Source of the DNA: Candidatus Peribacteria bacterium
GTDB taxonomy: Bacteria; Patescibacteriota; Gracilibacteria; Peribacterales; Peribacteraceae
Assembly (NCBI GenBank): GCA_016866875.1
Contig: VGKY01000004.1
Span: 7,538 to 71,537 of the forward strand
Direction of reading: 5' to 3'
DNA length: 64,000 nt
Under the pieces are notes generated by a model. That model saw only the letters and a program-made list of their open reading frames with translations, was not told the origin of the DNA and did not search any database. Below, in pieces: positions 10,108 to 19,456 of the stretch (positions are counted from its first letter, which is position 1; every line of letters begins with the position of its first letter). Both the position numbers and the translations under genes were made by a program.

Positions 10108-11607
10108 CTACGAACCCTTCAACTGGACAATCCACCGCGAAAGCCGGTTTTTCAGATTTCCCCCTCGCGCAAGCCCCCTTCCTATAGCCATACCGTTCCA
10201 GAGGATGATGATATCGCCATCGGCATCTTCTCGGCATTCGATGTTTTGGCCCTCGAGCAGTTCGTGGAGATCGTTATCGCCGACACTCAATATTCCCCGA
10301 GTGGCCATCGTCCCGCGCGCGATAGCGAGCTCATCGGTGATGCGGAATCTCCCGTCTTTCAGTCCCTTTGCGTACGGAATCCCCATGCTGTAGTCCACAA
10401 TAGGAAGGTGCAATGAGGCTGCTGCCTCGGTCGTGAGCAACACAAGATCCCCTCGGTGGACAAGCATCTCTCCCTCGTGCACGAAGTCGGTGCCATAGAT
10501 ATCTGCAATGCGCTTGCGGATCTCCATCTCCATCGTGCGCTGAAATCTCTCCTCGCGCCTGCGAAGAGATGCACCATGCTCGCGAGCTCTCGTCGGTGCA
10601 ATTTTGCGAAGAACAGCGCAGAAGAACCCTTCGGTGTCGTAGGTCTGGGGCCAGATCCGCAATAACGGGAATGCGGAATGAGGAATGAGGAATGAGGAAT
10701 TACCAGAAAGATGTTCTTGTACTCTGAGCGAATCCTGTACGGCAATTCCTAATTCATCATTCCCTGCCCCTCGAAGCCTTGGCGAAGTGGGGTTCATTCC
10801 TAATTTTCCTGGCTCTACCACCTCTAGTTGATCACAAAATTTGTTCAGTATTTGGAGCACCACGCCTTCGTTTTCCTCGGGTGTGAGCGTACAGGTGGAA
10901 TAGACGATTGTGCCGCCCACTTTTGCAGCGTGCACTGCGGCTTCGAGCACCTCCATCTGGAGCCTCGCCATCTTCGCGATGTTTTCGGGGCCGCAGAAAT
11001 TCAGGGCATCGCTGTCTTTCCGAACTGTGCCTTGTGCACTGCAAGGCGCATCGCAGAGCACGCGATCAAACTGCTCGGTCATCTGCTTTCCAAACCACTG
11101 CCCTACCTTTTTTGTGAGGATGACATTCGTCACGCCCGACCGCTGGCATGCCGTAGAGAGGGTCCACATCCGTTTCTCCTGGACTTCGTTGGCAACGACC
11201 ACTCCCCTGCCCTGCATCATGGCAGCAAGCTGCGTCGTCTTACTCCCCGGAGCCGCACACATATCGAGCACGGTCTCTCCAGGCTCGGGATCGAGAAGTA
11301 CGGGAGGCAGCATCGAGGAAGCCTCCTGGAGGTACACATGACCGAGGAGATGCAAAAGATCTTTGCCGAGCGCCTCGCTCCTATCCTCGCGGTCAATGAA
11401 AAACCCTTCAGGACACCACGGTATAGGATCGAGATTCCATCCGTGATCGGCCGCCCACTGCTTCACGCTCTCCACACTGGTCTTGAGCGTATTCACACGG
11501 ATGCACTTACGGAGCGGCCGCGCGCTCGCAGCTTTGAGCGCTGCAAGATCGGTAAACGGCGCGTAGCGATCGAGGGGGGTGAAGAAATCTTTGTGCATCG
11601 AAGACAT
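10108..11607 (-). CDS. RsmF/RsmB (NOL1/NOP2/Sun) rRNA m5C methyltransferase with internal repeat-derived insertion
   Basis: QEASSM, LDMCAAPGSKTT, DAPCSAQG, YSTCTL, EENEGVV, EGFFCA. Confidence 0.92.
   Translation of the reverse strand: MSSMHKDFFTPLDRYAPFTDLAALKAASARPLRKCIRVNTLKTSVESVKQWAADHGWNLDPIPWCPEGFFIDREDRSEALGKDLLHLLGHVYLQEASSMLPPVLLDPEPGETVLDMCAAPGSKTTQLAAMMQGRGVVVANEVQEKRMWTLSTACQRSGVTNVILTKKVGQWFGKQMTEQFDRVLCDAPCSAQGTVRKDSDALNFCGPENIAKMARLQMEVLEAAVHAAKVGGTIVYSTCTLTPEENEGVVLQILNKFCDQLEVVEPGKLGMNPTSPRLRGAGNDELGIAVQDSLRVQEHLSGNSSFLIPHSAFPLLRIWPQTYDTEGFFCAVLRKIAPTRAREHGASLRRREERFQRTMEMEIRKRIADIYGTDFVHEGEMLVHRGDLVLLTTEAAASLHLPIVDYSMGIPYAKGLKDGRFRITDELAIARGTMATRGILSVGDNDLHELLEGQNIECREDADGDIIILWNGMAIGRGLARGGNLKNRLSRWIVQLKGS
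10668..10807. repeat. Inverted heptamer arrays in frame inside the rsmF-like gene
   Basis: GGAATGC GGAATGA x3 GGAATTA (10668-10702) versus CAATTCC TAATTCA TCATTCC [30-bp insert 10764-10793] TCATTCC TAATTTT (10743-10807). Confidence 0.9.
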
Positions 11608-11647
11608 TCCCTAGACTAAGGCATACGCCATCTTTGCACATGGTATT

Positions 11648-12346
11648 TCATGCTGATTCTGCACCAGACATCTCACGAATCTTCTGCTGCCTAAACTCCA
11701 GAAATCGCACCATTGAACCAACTGTATGCAAATCCGACGCCAAAGCTAAATCGGGGTCTGCGGCAAACGCATCGACATTGAGGTGGGGCAATCTCTCCTT
11801 TAGTTCAGCGAGGCCTGCTTCAGTCACGTAGATCTTATTTTGAGATGGACCCCCAACTCTACGAAACGCATCATCCTCAAACACCACTCCGTTGATGGAA
11901 AACAATTCTCCACGGGGAATTTCGATGCCAAACTCCTTCTCCACGCGGAAGAGGATATCCAAATAATCGATAGACTCTGCGCCAAGATCCGCTTCAAGAC
12001 GAGCACCTTCTGTCAGCTCATCCTCGTCAACACCAAGTGCATCTACTAAAACATCTGTTATGCCTTTCACCAGCCTCTCACGGGTCCAACTGGAAAACTC
12101 TGTCTCAAAGATAGTAGGAGCTCGAGCATAAGGCTGATGAGCGTCAGCATATGATGGAGTTTGTTCGTCCGTCGTGCCGACCATCACGTCACGTTCCTGA
12201 GGAGCGAACAAAGCATGGAATTTTGGCTTGAGCAGCTTCACCAGTTCCGGCACCGAAACACTGGAGACGCCTGCCTGAAGCAAAGCATCAGCGATTTCGC
12301 GCTCGGGGTCAGCCTTGGGAGATGCGATGCTGGAGGGGGCTAGCAT
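11648..12346 (-). CDS. Acyl carrier protein with N-terminal extension
   Basis: VLVDALGVDEDEL..ADLGAESIDYLDILFRVEKEFGIEIP containing the phosphopantetheine Ser; true start uncertain. Confidence 0.85.
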   Translation of the reverse strand: MLAPSSIASPKADPEREIADALLQAGVSSVSVPELVKLLKPKFHALFAPQERDVMVGTTDEQTPSYADAHQPYARAPTIFETEFSSWTRERLVKGITDVLVDALGVDEDELTEGARLEADLGAESIDYLDILFRVEKEFGIEIPRGELFSINGVVFEDDAFRRVGGPSQNKIYVTEAGLAELKERLPHLNVDAFAADPDLALASDLHTVGSMVRFLEFRQQKIREMSGAESA

Positions 12347-12388
12347 GGGAAGCGGATGGTAGCTTTTCAGGAGAAGTACGCAAGGACA

Positions 12389-12946
12389 TTACTGCTCTTG
12401 CGCGGTTGGACTGGTCGCACGAAATTCTTCGAGTGCGCGCTGAGGGTCCCCGCGAGTACAGATTTCCTGGATGCGCTTCCACACAAGATCGCGTTGACAA
12501 TCCCCGTAGCGCAGAGCTTCAAGAACATCGGCAGCATCCTCTCCGAGGTACGAGCGAAAGCGCTCGAGTCGTTCCTGCTTTTCCCCATCGGGGAGACTCG
12601 TATCGGCGGGCCCGAGACCGACGTCGAGCATCCGATTGCGCAGCGAGGGCTTCTTGCGGAATCCCTCAAGGTTTGCATCTTCGATGAACCGCATAGGAAG
12701 ACCGCTACTTGCGAAAAGCGCCTGCATCCTGCGTTGCGTCCAGCCCTGCATTTGAAAGGAAATCTTTCCCTTCAAGCCAGTGACCCTCGAATGCTCGACG
12801 AGTGCCTGAAATCCTTCATCTGTGAAGGGAAGCTTGCCTTTCAGCATTTCCTGGATGCAGCCATAGGCCATGACCTCCACCACCGACCTTCCGAGAGCCG
12901 TTCGCGTGATCTCTGATTGCCGTTGCGCGCGTGGGGATTCCTCCAT
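12389..12946 (-). CDS. Hypothetical protein
   Basis: 185-aa ATG ORF co-oriented with the ACP gene; no recognisable motif. Confidence 0.55.
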   Translation of the reverse strand: MEESPRAQRQSEITRTALGRSVVEVMAYGCIQEMLKGKLPFTDEGFQALVEHSRVTGLKGKISFQMQGWTQRRMQALFASSGLPMRFIEDANLEGFRKKPSLRNRMLDVGLGPADTSLPDGEKQERLERFRSYLGEDAADVLEALRYGDCQRDLVWKRIQEICTRGDPQRALEEFRATSPTAQEQ

Positions 12947-12988
12947 AGATACTTGATCTCTCAGGATCCCAGACTATACTGCCATTCA

Positions 12989-13741
12989 ATGTCAAGAACC
13001 AGCACTTCATCGAAAATCGGGGACTTTCGCGTGGAGAGCTACGGATCGGGGGAGCCGACGATGATGGCCATCGGCGGCCTTGCCTATGCCCCTTCGGATT
13101 TCTCACGCATGGCGGATTATGTCGAAGGTACCTTGCACGTTATCGATCAACCAATCCACGTGGGATCTGTAAAGAGAATGGAAGGATGGCAGCGGTGGCT
13201 GCGCACCGAATACGCAAGGATATTCAGGACCCTCGGAGCGGAGTACCTCATCGGCCACTCGTGCGGCAGCTTTGACGGAGCCCATATCGCAAACAACCTC
13301 CCGTCGCTCAAAGGACTCGTCATGCTCACTCCTCCCTACGGAAAGGCGGGGATGTCGGATAGAAGTCGCTGTGAGGACTTCGGACTCCTTGATCGATGCC
13401 TCGCGAGTCTCTGCGACGACATGCCAGACGACCTCTACCGTTCCATGCTCGCAGAGCACGATGATGAATACGGCCTGCGGATCAAAGACATCTATCGGCA
13501 TGAGATCCCCAAAGGAGAATCTGTCGTAAGAGATGTGATACAGCTAATGCGAGAATCACGCTCCCCGATTCTTGTCCTGCTCGGATCTCAAGATCCGTGG
13601 AACAACGGTGCTGAACCGCCAGCTGAGGGCGAACATATATCTGTACAACGCATGACAAGCGGACATTACCCCCACGTCACACAACCAGAAGCCACAACGC
13701 AATATGTTCATAACTGGTTGCGCTCTCACACCACCCCCTGA
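12989..13741 (+). CDS. Alpha/beta hydrolase
   Basis: GHSCG nucleophile elbow, LGSQDPW acid, SGHYPH His; TATACT 8 nt before the ATG. Confidence 0.85.
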   Translation: MSRTSTSSKIGDFRVESYGSGEPTMMAIGGLAYAPSDFSRMADYVEGTLHVIDQPIHVGSVKRMEGWQRWLRTEYARIFRTLGAEYLIGHSCGSFDGAHIANNLPSLKGLVMLTPPYGKAGMSDRSRCEDFGLLDRCLASLCDDMPDDLYRSMLAEHDDEYGLRIKDIYRHEIPKGESVVRDVIQLMRESRSPILVLLGSQDPWNNGAEPPAEGEHISVQRMTSGHYPHVTQPEATTQYVHNWLRSHTTP

Positions 13742-14355
13742 CATCTCCTTCCTACGTCATGCAACAAATCGTCCATACGGCTATCGGGCAGAGGTGTGGT
13801 GGGGATGGTGGCTCCTCTTGTTGATACTCCCCACAGTTTCCTTCGCGCACGGAGCGTGACGAGAAGAGCGTGGTCCGTGATCGCTGACATCTCGAGTCGC
13901 TCACCTGGGGCCGGGTTTGCCATCACGGAGGTCTCGTTCTTGCGAATGACTCGCCACAGCAACGGATCGTGGGGTCGATGAATTTCATACATGACATCCC
14001 CATCGAGAGAAGAAGTCACCCACTGTCGATTATTGGGAAAGGAACACGCATCTGCTTGCTTCGTTCTTTCGTAGCGCTCAAGAAGGACCTCGTACTGTTT
14101 ATCGTAGTCGGTGGCAACAACGTCATGGACGGGCCTTCCCTTGTGCGCGATTCCCGTCCACTGAGCACTGCGCAGAAGGCCGCGGAGATGGCCATCCATG
14201 AGTACACGATAGCGCTGCAGAAGGGCATCTCGGACTCGGTCAATAGCCTCATCGCAGATAGGAGCATCCGTGAGGTCATCAACTGCATGGTCGATAGAGC
14301 GGTAATACCTTCCCTCGGTCGGAAATGCGTCTCGGAAGCGATGAGAAGGGAACAT
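13726..14355 (-). CDS. Hypothetical protein
   Basis: 209-aa ATG ORF immediately downstream of leuS. Confidence 0.55.
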   Translation of the reverse strand: MFPSHRFRDAFPTEGRYYRSIDHAVDDLTDAPICDEAIDRVRDALLQRYRVLMDGHLRGLLRSAQWTGIAHKGRPVHDVVATDYDKQYEVLLERYERTKQADACSFPNNRQWVTSSLDGDVMYEIHRPHDPLLWRVIRKNETSVMANPAPGERLEMSAITDHALLVTLRARRKLWGVSTRGATIPTTPLPDSRMDDLLHDVGRRCQGVV

Positions 14356-14381
14356 GCGATCGAAGGAGAGTTACAAAAACA

Positions 14382-16886
14382 TTATCCAACGACAAAGCTT
14401 ACAAGCTTACCCGGGACGTAAATCTGCTTAGCTATGGAAGTACCAGCGATGAACTTCGCGACGTTCTCCTGCTTGCTTGCAGTAGCAATGATGTCGTCCT
14501 TCGAACTATCGGACGGAACCTCGATACTCCCCCGAAGCTTGCCATTGACCTGTACAGCAATCGTCATCGTGTCTGATGTGAGGAGTGCCGGATCAAAGCT
14601 CGGCCAACGCTGATCAACGACGAATCCCTCCCCCCCGCACATCTCCCAGAGTTCGTCTGCCAGGTGCGGAGCGAGAGGTGCGAGGAGCTTGGCTACGGTC
14701 TGTAGAGTCGATCGATCGATTTCCTGCTCGCGCTCGAGGACATTGAGGAGCTCCATGAGCGCGCTGATTGCGGTGTTGAAGCGGAATGCAGGGATGTCTT
14801 CAGTGATTTTCTTGATCGCACGATGGAGTGCAGTCTGCGAAGATCCTTTAGATTGATCAATTTTTGTACTCGTGTTTTTTGTTTTTTGTGAGGGCTGATC
14901 CTGAATTATCTCAAAAAGCTTGAATAAACGAAGAGCAAAGCGATCAATCCCCTTGATCCCCGTATCACTCCAGTCCCCTCCTTCGGTGAAGGGTCCCATG
15001 AACATCAGGTACATACGAAACACATCGCTGCCGTGTCTGTCGACGAGAGCGTCTGGTGAAACCACATTGCCTTTGCTCTTGCTCATCTTCGCCCCCTTGT
15101 TGGTAATCACGCCTTGGTGAACTAATTTTTTGAACGGTTCACTATGCGATACGTAGCCAAAATCTTTGAGAGCCATCATCACAAAACGTGCATAGATCAG
15201 GTGCATACAGGCGTGCTCAGCACCTCCGATGTACATGTCGACGGGCATCCATTGCTTCTCTACTTCAGGATGAACCAGAGTCAGAGGTTGATTGTTCTTT
15301 TTTTGAGAAGCTGACAGCTGACAGCTTTCAGCTTTCATCGAAGCACCCTGCGTTTGCAGGTACATCAAATAGTAAAAGCTCGAGCATACGAACGTATCCA
15401 TCGTGTCATACTCCGGCGTCCAGCCCTTACCAAAGAGCTTCTCCGTACGCTCCTTAAATTCGTTCGAGTGCTTGAGCGGCGACTCCCCCGTCGGGTTGAA
15501 CTCGACATCTGTAGGCAGTGTCCACGGCAGATGCTCCTCGGGAACGGGATGCGGATTGCCTTTGGGATCGTAGACGATGGGAATGGGGGCGCCCCAGTAG
15601 CGCTGGCGCGATACACACCAGTCGCGAAGACGGTACTGAATCTTCCGCCTTCCCATGCCAGCTCTCTCAAGCTGATCAATGATCTTCTTGCGACCATCGA
15701 GAATCGCAATACCGCTGAACGCTCCAGAATCGATGATCGTTCCCAACACGGCATACTTGTCGATGTTATCGTACACGATGGATTCACCCTCAGGATTTTG
15801 GATGCTCTGAACAATGTCTAAACCGTATTTTTTTGCGAAATCCATATCACGCTGATCATGTGCAGGAACACCCATAACTACCCCAGTCCCGTAAGTCATC
15901 AGAACGTAATCGGCCACCCATAAGGGGATGCTCATTCCTGTAAAGGGATGCTTGAGGAACGCACCTGTGCATACGCCCGTCTTGTCCTTGTCACCAAACT
16001 GACGATCGAATTCTGATTTTGTAGAGGACTGAGCGATATAGGCATGCACTGCATCCCTCTGCTCCGGAGTAACGAGCGTAGGAAGTAAGGGATGATCGGG
16101 GGCAATGACCACAAATGTAACGCCGTAGATCGTATCCACGGTCGTGGTAAATGTTTCAAGACTCATATCGCAGCCGGTAACCGACCAGACCACATCGCAT
16201 CCCTCACTGCGACCAATCCAATTCCTCTGCATGATCTTCGTCTTCTCGGGCCAGTCGAGGGCATCCAAACCATCGAGAAGCTGCTGGGAGTACCGGGTGA
16301 TATTCCAGTACCACTGCTCCAATGGCTTGTGGATGACTGGAGTCCCACAGCGCTCGCAAGTACCGTCCTGCGCCTGCTCGTTTGCGAGAACCGTTTGGCA
16401 ACTAGGGCACCAGTTCACATTGCCAGCCTTTTTATAGGCCAATCCGTGCTTATGCATCTGCAAAAAGAGCCACTGGGTGAAGCGGTAGTACTCCGGCGTA
16501 GACGTATTGACCATCTTGCTCCAGTCGTACATACAACCGATGCGCTTGAGCTGGGTGATCATGGTCTCCACGTTCTTGCGCGTCGAGGTATCCGGATGCA
16601 CGCCTGTCTTTACGGCATAATTTTCGGCAGGAAGTCCGAAGGCATCAAACCCCATGGGGGAAAAGACCTTCTTTCCCTGCATCCGCATGAAGCGGGCGAA
16701 GCTATCGCTGGGGCCGTAGTTGTACCAATGCCCAATGTGAAGCTTGTCACCGCTCGGGTAGGGAAACATCACATGCGTGTAGTACTTGTCGCTTCCGTCG
16801 GAGAGATCTGCTGCATACAGACCGGCTTCCTCCCAGCGTTTCTGCCACTTGGCTTCCAGAGCCTTCGGATCGTACGTGCGCGACAT
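14382..16886 (-). CDS. leuS: Leucine--tRNA ligase
   Basis: MFPYPSGDKLHIGH, GFDAFGLPAEN, GTGVVMGVPAHDQRD, DWCVSRQRYWG, KMSKS, VQVNGKLRG. Confidence 0.98.
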   Translation of the reverse strand: MSRTYDPKALEAKWQKRWEEAGLYAADLSDGSDKYYTHVMFPYPSGDKLHIGHWYNYGPSDSFARFMRMQGKKVFSPMGFDAFGLPAENYAVKTGVHPDTSTRKNVETMITQLKRIGCMYDWSKMVNTSTPEYYRFTQWLFLQMHKHGLAYKKAGNVNWCPSCQTVLANEQAQDGTCERCGTPVIHKPLEQWYWNITRYSQQLLDGLDALDWPEKTKIMQRNWIGRSEGCDVVWSVTGCDMSLETFTTTVDTIYGVTFVVIAPDHPLLPTLVTPEQRDAVHAYIAQSSTKSEFDRQFGDKDKTGVCTGAFLKHPFTGMSIPLWVADYVLMTYGTGVVMGVPAHDQRDMDFAKKYGLDIVQSIQNPEGESIVYDNIDKYAVLGTIIDSGAFSGIAILDGRKKIIDQLERAGMGRRKIQYRLRDWCVSRQRYWGAPIPIVYDPKGNPHPVPEEHLPWTLPTDVEFNPTGESPLKHSNEFKERTEKLFGKGWTPEYDTMDTFVCSSFYYLMYLQTQGASMKAESCQLSASQKKNNQPLTLVHPEVEKQWMPVDMYIGGAEHACMHLIYARFVMMALKDFGYVSHSEPFKKLVHQGVITNKGAKMSKSKGNVVSPDALVDRHGSDVFRMYLMFMGPFTEGGDWSDTGIKGIDRFALRLFKLFEIIQDQPSQKTKNTSTKIDQSKGSSQTALHRAIKKITEDIPAFRFNTAISALMELLNVLEREQEIDRSTLQTVAKLLAPLAPHLADELWEMCGGEGFVVDQRWPSFDPALLTSDTMTIAVQVNGKLRGSIEVPSDSSKDDIIATASKQENVAKFIAGTSIAKQIYVPGKLVSFVVG
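14861..14889. repeat. Short T/G-rich approximately 7-nt repeat in frame in leuS
   Basis: TTTTGTA CTCGTGT TTTTTGT TTTTTGT, encoding part of SQKTKNTSTK. Confidence 0.5.
15309..15336. repeat. AGCT-core heptamer array in frame in leuS
   Basis: AGCTGAC AGCTGAC AGCTTTC AGCTTTC, encoding KAESCQLSA. Confidence 0.85.
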
Positions 16887-16948
16887 CCCCAGGATGATAG
16901 CAATTTCTGTGCATGCGAGGGAGAACTCTGCTACAGTTCCCGTTCGCA

Positions 16949-18313
16949 GTGGCACTCCCCTTAGTCGCCATCGTCGGCAGACCCAATACGGGCAAGTCCA
17001 CCATCTTCAACCGCATCCTCGGGAAGCGGATCGCGATCGTGAGCGACATTCCGGGAACGACACGCGACCACATCGCGGGAAAAGTCGAGTCTGAAGATGT
17101 GGACTACCTCCTCGTCGACACGGGTGGAATGGGCGGGGGCACCGAAGACACGGATTTCGAGGACGACGTGGAAGCGCAGTCTACCCTCGCCGTGGAGCAT
17201 GCCGACGTCATCGTACTGGTGCTCTCCGGCAGAGAAGAGCTGACGAGTTCTGATCACGCCGTCGCCGAGGTGCTCCGCAGGCGCAAGCGCAAGCATGTTC
17301 CGATCATCGTCATCGTCAACAAGATCGATAATCCTGCGAAGATCGAGGAGATCCTCCCGCAGTACTACGAGCTGGGGATTGGAGACGTGCTCATTCCCCT
17401 CAGTGCGGCGCACGGGTCGGGATTCGGCGCATTGGCAGACGCGATCCGCTCTGGTCTCAAGAAATTGCATTTCGCGAAAGCAACGGGATCCGACGAGGCC
17501 GCGGACGCTCCCCGCGTCGCCATCGTCGGCAAGCCAAATGTCGGCAAAAGCTCGATCGTCAACGCCCTCATGAGCGACCCGCAGCGTGCGGTTTCGCCGC
17601 GGATCGTCTCCGACATCCCCGGCACGACCCGAGACGCGGTCGACACCGCGATCCGTCACGATGGGAAAGACTTCATCTTCGTCGACACGGCGGGAATCAA
17701 GCGAAAGAAAGAAGCGAAACCCGGCCTCGAGACCCTCGCGTACTTTCGTTCGGTGCGAGCGATCGCCGAGGCCGACGTCGCGGTCCTTGTCCTCGACGGT
17801 TCCGGCCCCCTCACGCGCCAGGACAAACGCATCGCGCAGATCGCTCTCGAGGAGGGCAAGGGGCTGATCATCGCCGTCAATAAGAGCGATGTCATGATTC
17901 CCGAACAGCGGAAGAACGCTGCCAACGATGTGCTCACCGATCTCCCCTTCTGCAGATTTGCTCCCGTCATCGTCTGCTCAAGCAAGACGCGCGACGGTCT
18001 TGTGAAGCTCTTCGAGCTCATCGAGATGGTACAGAGGAACCGCAGGCGGAGAATCCCGACGCAAGAGCTGCATGAATGGTACGAGCAGAACATGCGCAGC
18101 CAGCCGATGGCGGAGCTCAAGGGGAGCAAGCACATCACCCAGGCGGACGAACCCGTTCCCACCTTCGTCATCTTCGTGAAGGAACCCAAGCGCGTGAAAG
18201 CGTCGGAGCTGCGCTTCTTGGAAAGCCGCCTGCGTTCGACCTTCGCGTTTGAGGGAACGCCAGTGCGATGGATAACAAAAGGGCCCAAGGAGAAAGGAGC
18301 AGGTAGCAAGTAG
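16949..18313 (+). CDS. der: Ribosome biogenesis GTPase Der (EngA)
   Basis: Two G domains (GRPNTGKS/DTGG/NKID and GKPNVGKS/DTAG/NKSD) plus KH-like C-terminus. Confidence 0.97.
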   Translation: MALPLVAIVGRPNTGKSTIFNRILGKRIAIVSDIPGTTRDHIAGKVESEDVDYLLVDTGGMGGGTEDTDFEDDVEAQSTLAVEHADVIVLVLSGREELTSSDHAVAEVLRRRKRKHVPIIVIVNKIDNPAKIEEILPQYYELGIGDVLIPLSAAHGSGFGALADAIRSGLKKLHFAKATGSDEAADAPRVAIVGKPNVGKSSIVNALMSDPQRAVSPRIVSDIPGTTRDAVDTAIRHDGKDFIFVDTAGIKRKKEAKPGLETLAYFRSVRAIAEADVAVLVLDGSGPLTRQDKRIAQIALEEGKGLIIAVNKSDVMIPEQRKNAANDVLTDLPFCRFAPVIVCSSKTRDGLVKLFELIEMVQRNRRRRIPTQELHEWYEQNMRSQPMAELKGSKHITQADEPVPTFVIFVKEPKRVKASELRFLESRLRSTFAFEGTPVRWITKGPKEKGAGSK

Positions 18314-18324
18314 CAGGTAGCAAG
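18289..18324. repeat. Left heptamer arm flanking the four-helix-bundle gene (contains the der stop codon)
   Basis: GGAGAAA GGAGCAG GTAGCAA GTAGCAG GTAGCAA. Confidence 0.92.
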
Positions 18325-18327
18325 TTT

Positions 18328-18696
18328 TCAAGGAGAGTCTTTCTGCCGTTTTTGTTTGATCGTTTTTGTTGCCTGGACGAGCATCGCTGCGATTTCATGA
18401 CAAAGATGAGCAAGATCATCCCATGCAACATCTTTTGTACAGTTCGATGCCTTGATGATCATGAGCCAATACTGCGTTTCGGATGCCTCTTTGAGTGCGA
18501 TGTGGAGTTTGGAAAGAAAATCCAAGGTACTTTGAGCATATTTTGCCTCTTCGCGATTGGCACCGATACTCGTGGTGGATTTGAGGAGTTGTCCACTCAG
18601 TACAAATGCTCTTTCCCTATCCAGTTCGCGACGAGCATGTACTGCAGCTATGGAAAGTTTCAGTGCCTTCGATCGCAGGGGATGTGCATGGATCAT
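18328..18696 (-). CDS. Four-helix-bundle protein (23S rRNA IVP / TIGR02436 family)
   Basis: QLLKSTTSIGANREEA, DFLSKLHIALKEASETQYWL family motifs; visibly more AT-rich than neighbours. Confidence 0.93.
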   Translation of the reverse strand: MIHAHPLRSKALKLSIAAVHARRELDRERAFVLSGQLLKSTTSIGANREEAKYAQSTLDFLSKLHIALKEASETQYWLMIIKASNCTKDVAWDDLAHLCHEIAAMLVQATKTIKQKRQKDSP

Positions 18697-18757
18697 ATCT
18701 TCTGATCATAGAGATTCTTCACAAAAATACAGGTGTACATTCATACAACCAATCACA

Positions 18758-18792
18758 CTGCTCCTTGCTCCTTGCTACCTGCTACCTGCTCC
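18758..18792. repeat. Right heptamer arm (inverted) flanking the four-helix-bundle gene
   Basis: CTGCTCC TTGCTCC TTGCTAC CTGCTAC CTGCTCC, reverse complement of the left-arm units; abuts the stop codon at 18794. Confidence 0.92.
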
Positions 18793-18793
18793 T

Positions 18794-19402
18794 TTACCCA
18801 CGCCCTTGTCGCATATCTTTCACCCTCCCGTCTTCATGAATCAGAAGCGGGAACGCCTTGATCGCAATTTCGAGCTTATCGAGGAGCTTCACCGGGTCAT
18901 CGTCAAAGACCATGTTCGGGGGGATTGTGCGCTTGCAGAGGTTCTCAATGATGTGGGGAATCGCATTGCTGATGCCGCCGGTATTTGTAAGGATGGCGAG
19001 CGGCCGGCCTTCATCGTAGGCAATGGTGAACTCATTCAATGTACCAATGCCGCCGCCAACGATTATGATGCCATCACTGCTTCGGATATTGATAATGTCG
19101 CGCTCCATAAACCCCTGTCCCGTATAGAGAATAATATCGTTGTCATGTGGTGAGAGATATTCATTGACGTGCTCATATTCCGAAAAGGCGGGCGATATAC
19201 CGATGGTAAGTCCCCCTGCCTCCTGAGCACCAAGCAGAGAATCATACGGCAAACCCGGGCAGGCGCCGTTGATGAATATATGGCCTCTTCGTGCGATTTC
19301 CTGGCCAAGCTTGCGTGCAACGCTTCGTGCATGCTGGCCCTCAGTTTGCGGCCCTGATGCCGATCCCATGACGCCGATCTTGAGTTTGTGATGGTAGGCC
19401 AC
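18794..19402 (-). CDS. LOG/SLOG-family nucleotide-binding protein (TIGR00725-like)
   Basis: IGVMGSA, NGACPG, TGQGFMERD, VGGGIGTLNE. Confidence 0.85.
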   Translation of the reverse strand: MAYHHKLKIGVMGSASGPQTEGQHARSVARKLGQEIARRGHIFINGACPGLPYDSLLGAQEAGGLTIGISPAFSEYEHVNEYLSPHDNDIILYTGQGFMERDIINIRSSDGIIIVGGGIGTLNEFTIAYDEGRPLAILTNTGGISNAIPHIIENLCKRTIPPNMVFDDDPVKLLDKLEIAIKAFPLLIHEDGRVKDMRQGRG

Positions 19403-19456
19403 GTTCTCTCTATTATAGCAAAAATTCGGGGAAAGTACACATTCGCTCAGAGCGCT

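Noticed and set aside
18328-18696. Diversity-generating retroelement (Avd-like gene)
   Set aside because: No reverse transcriptase and no TR/VR pair recognised in the window.
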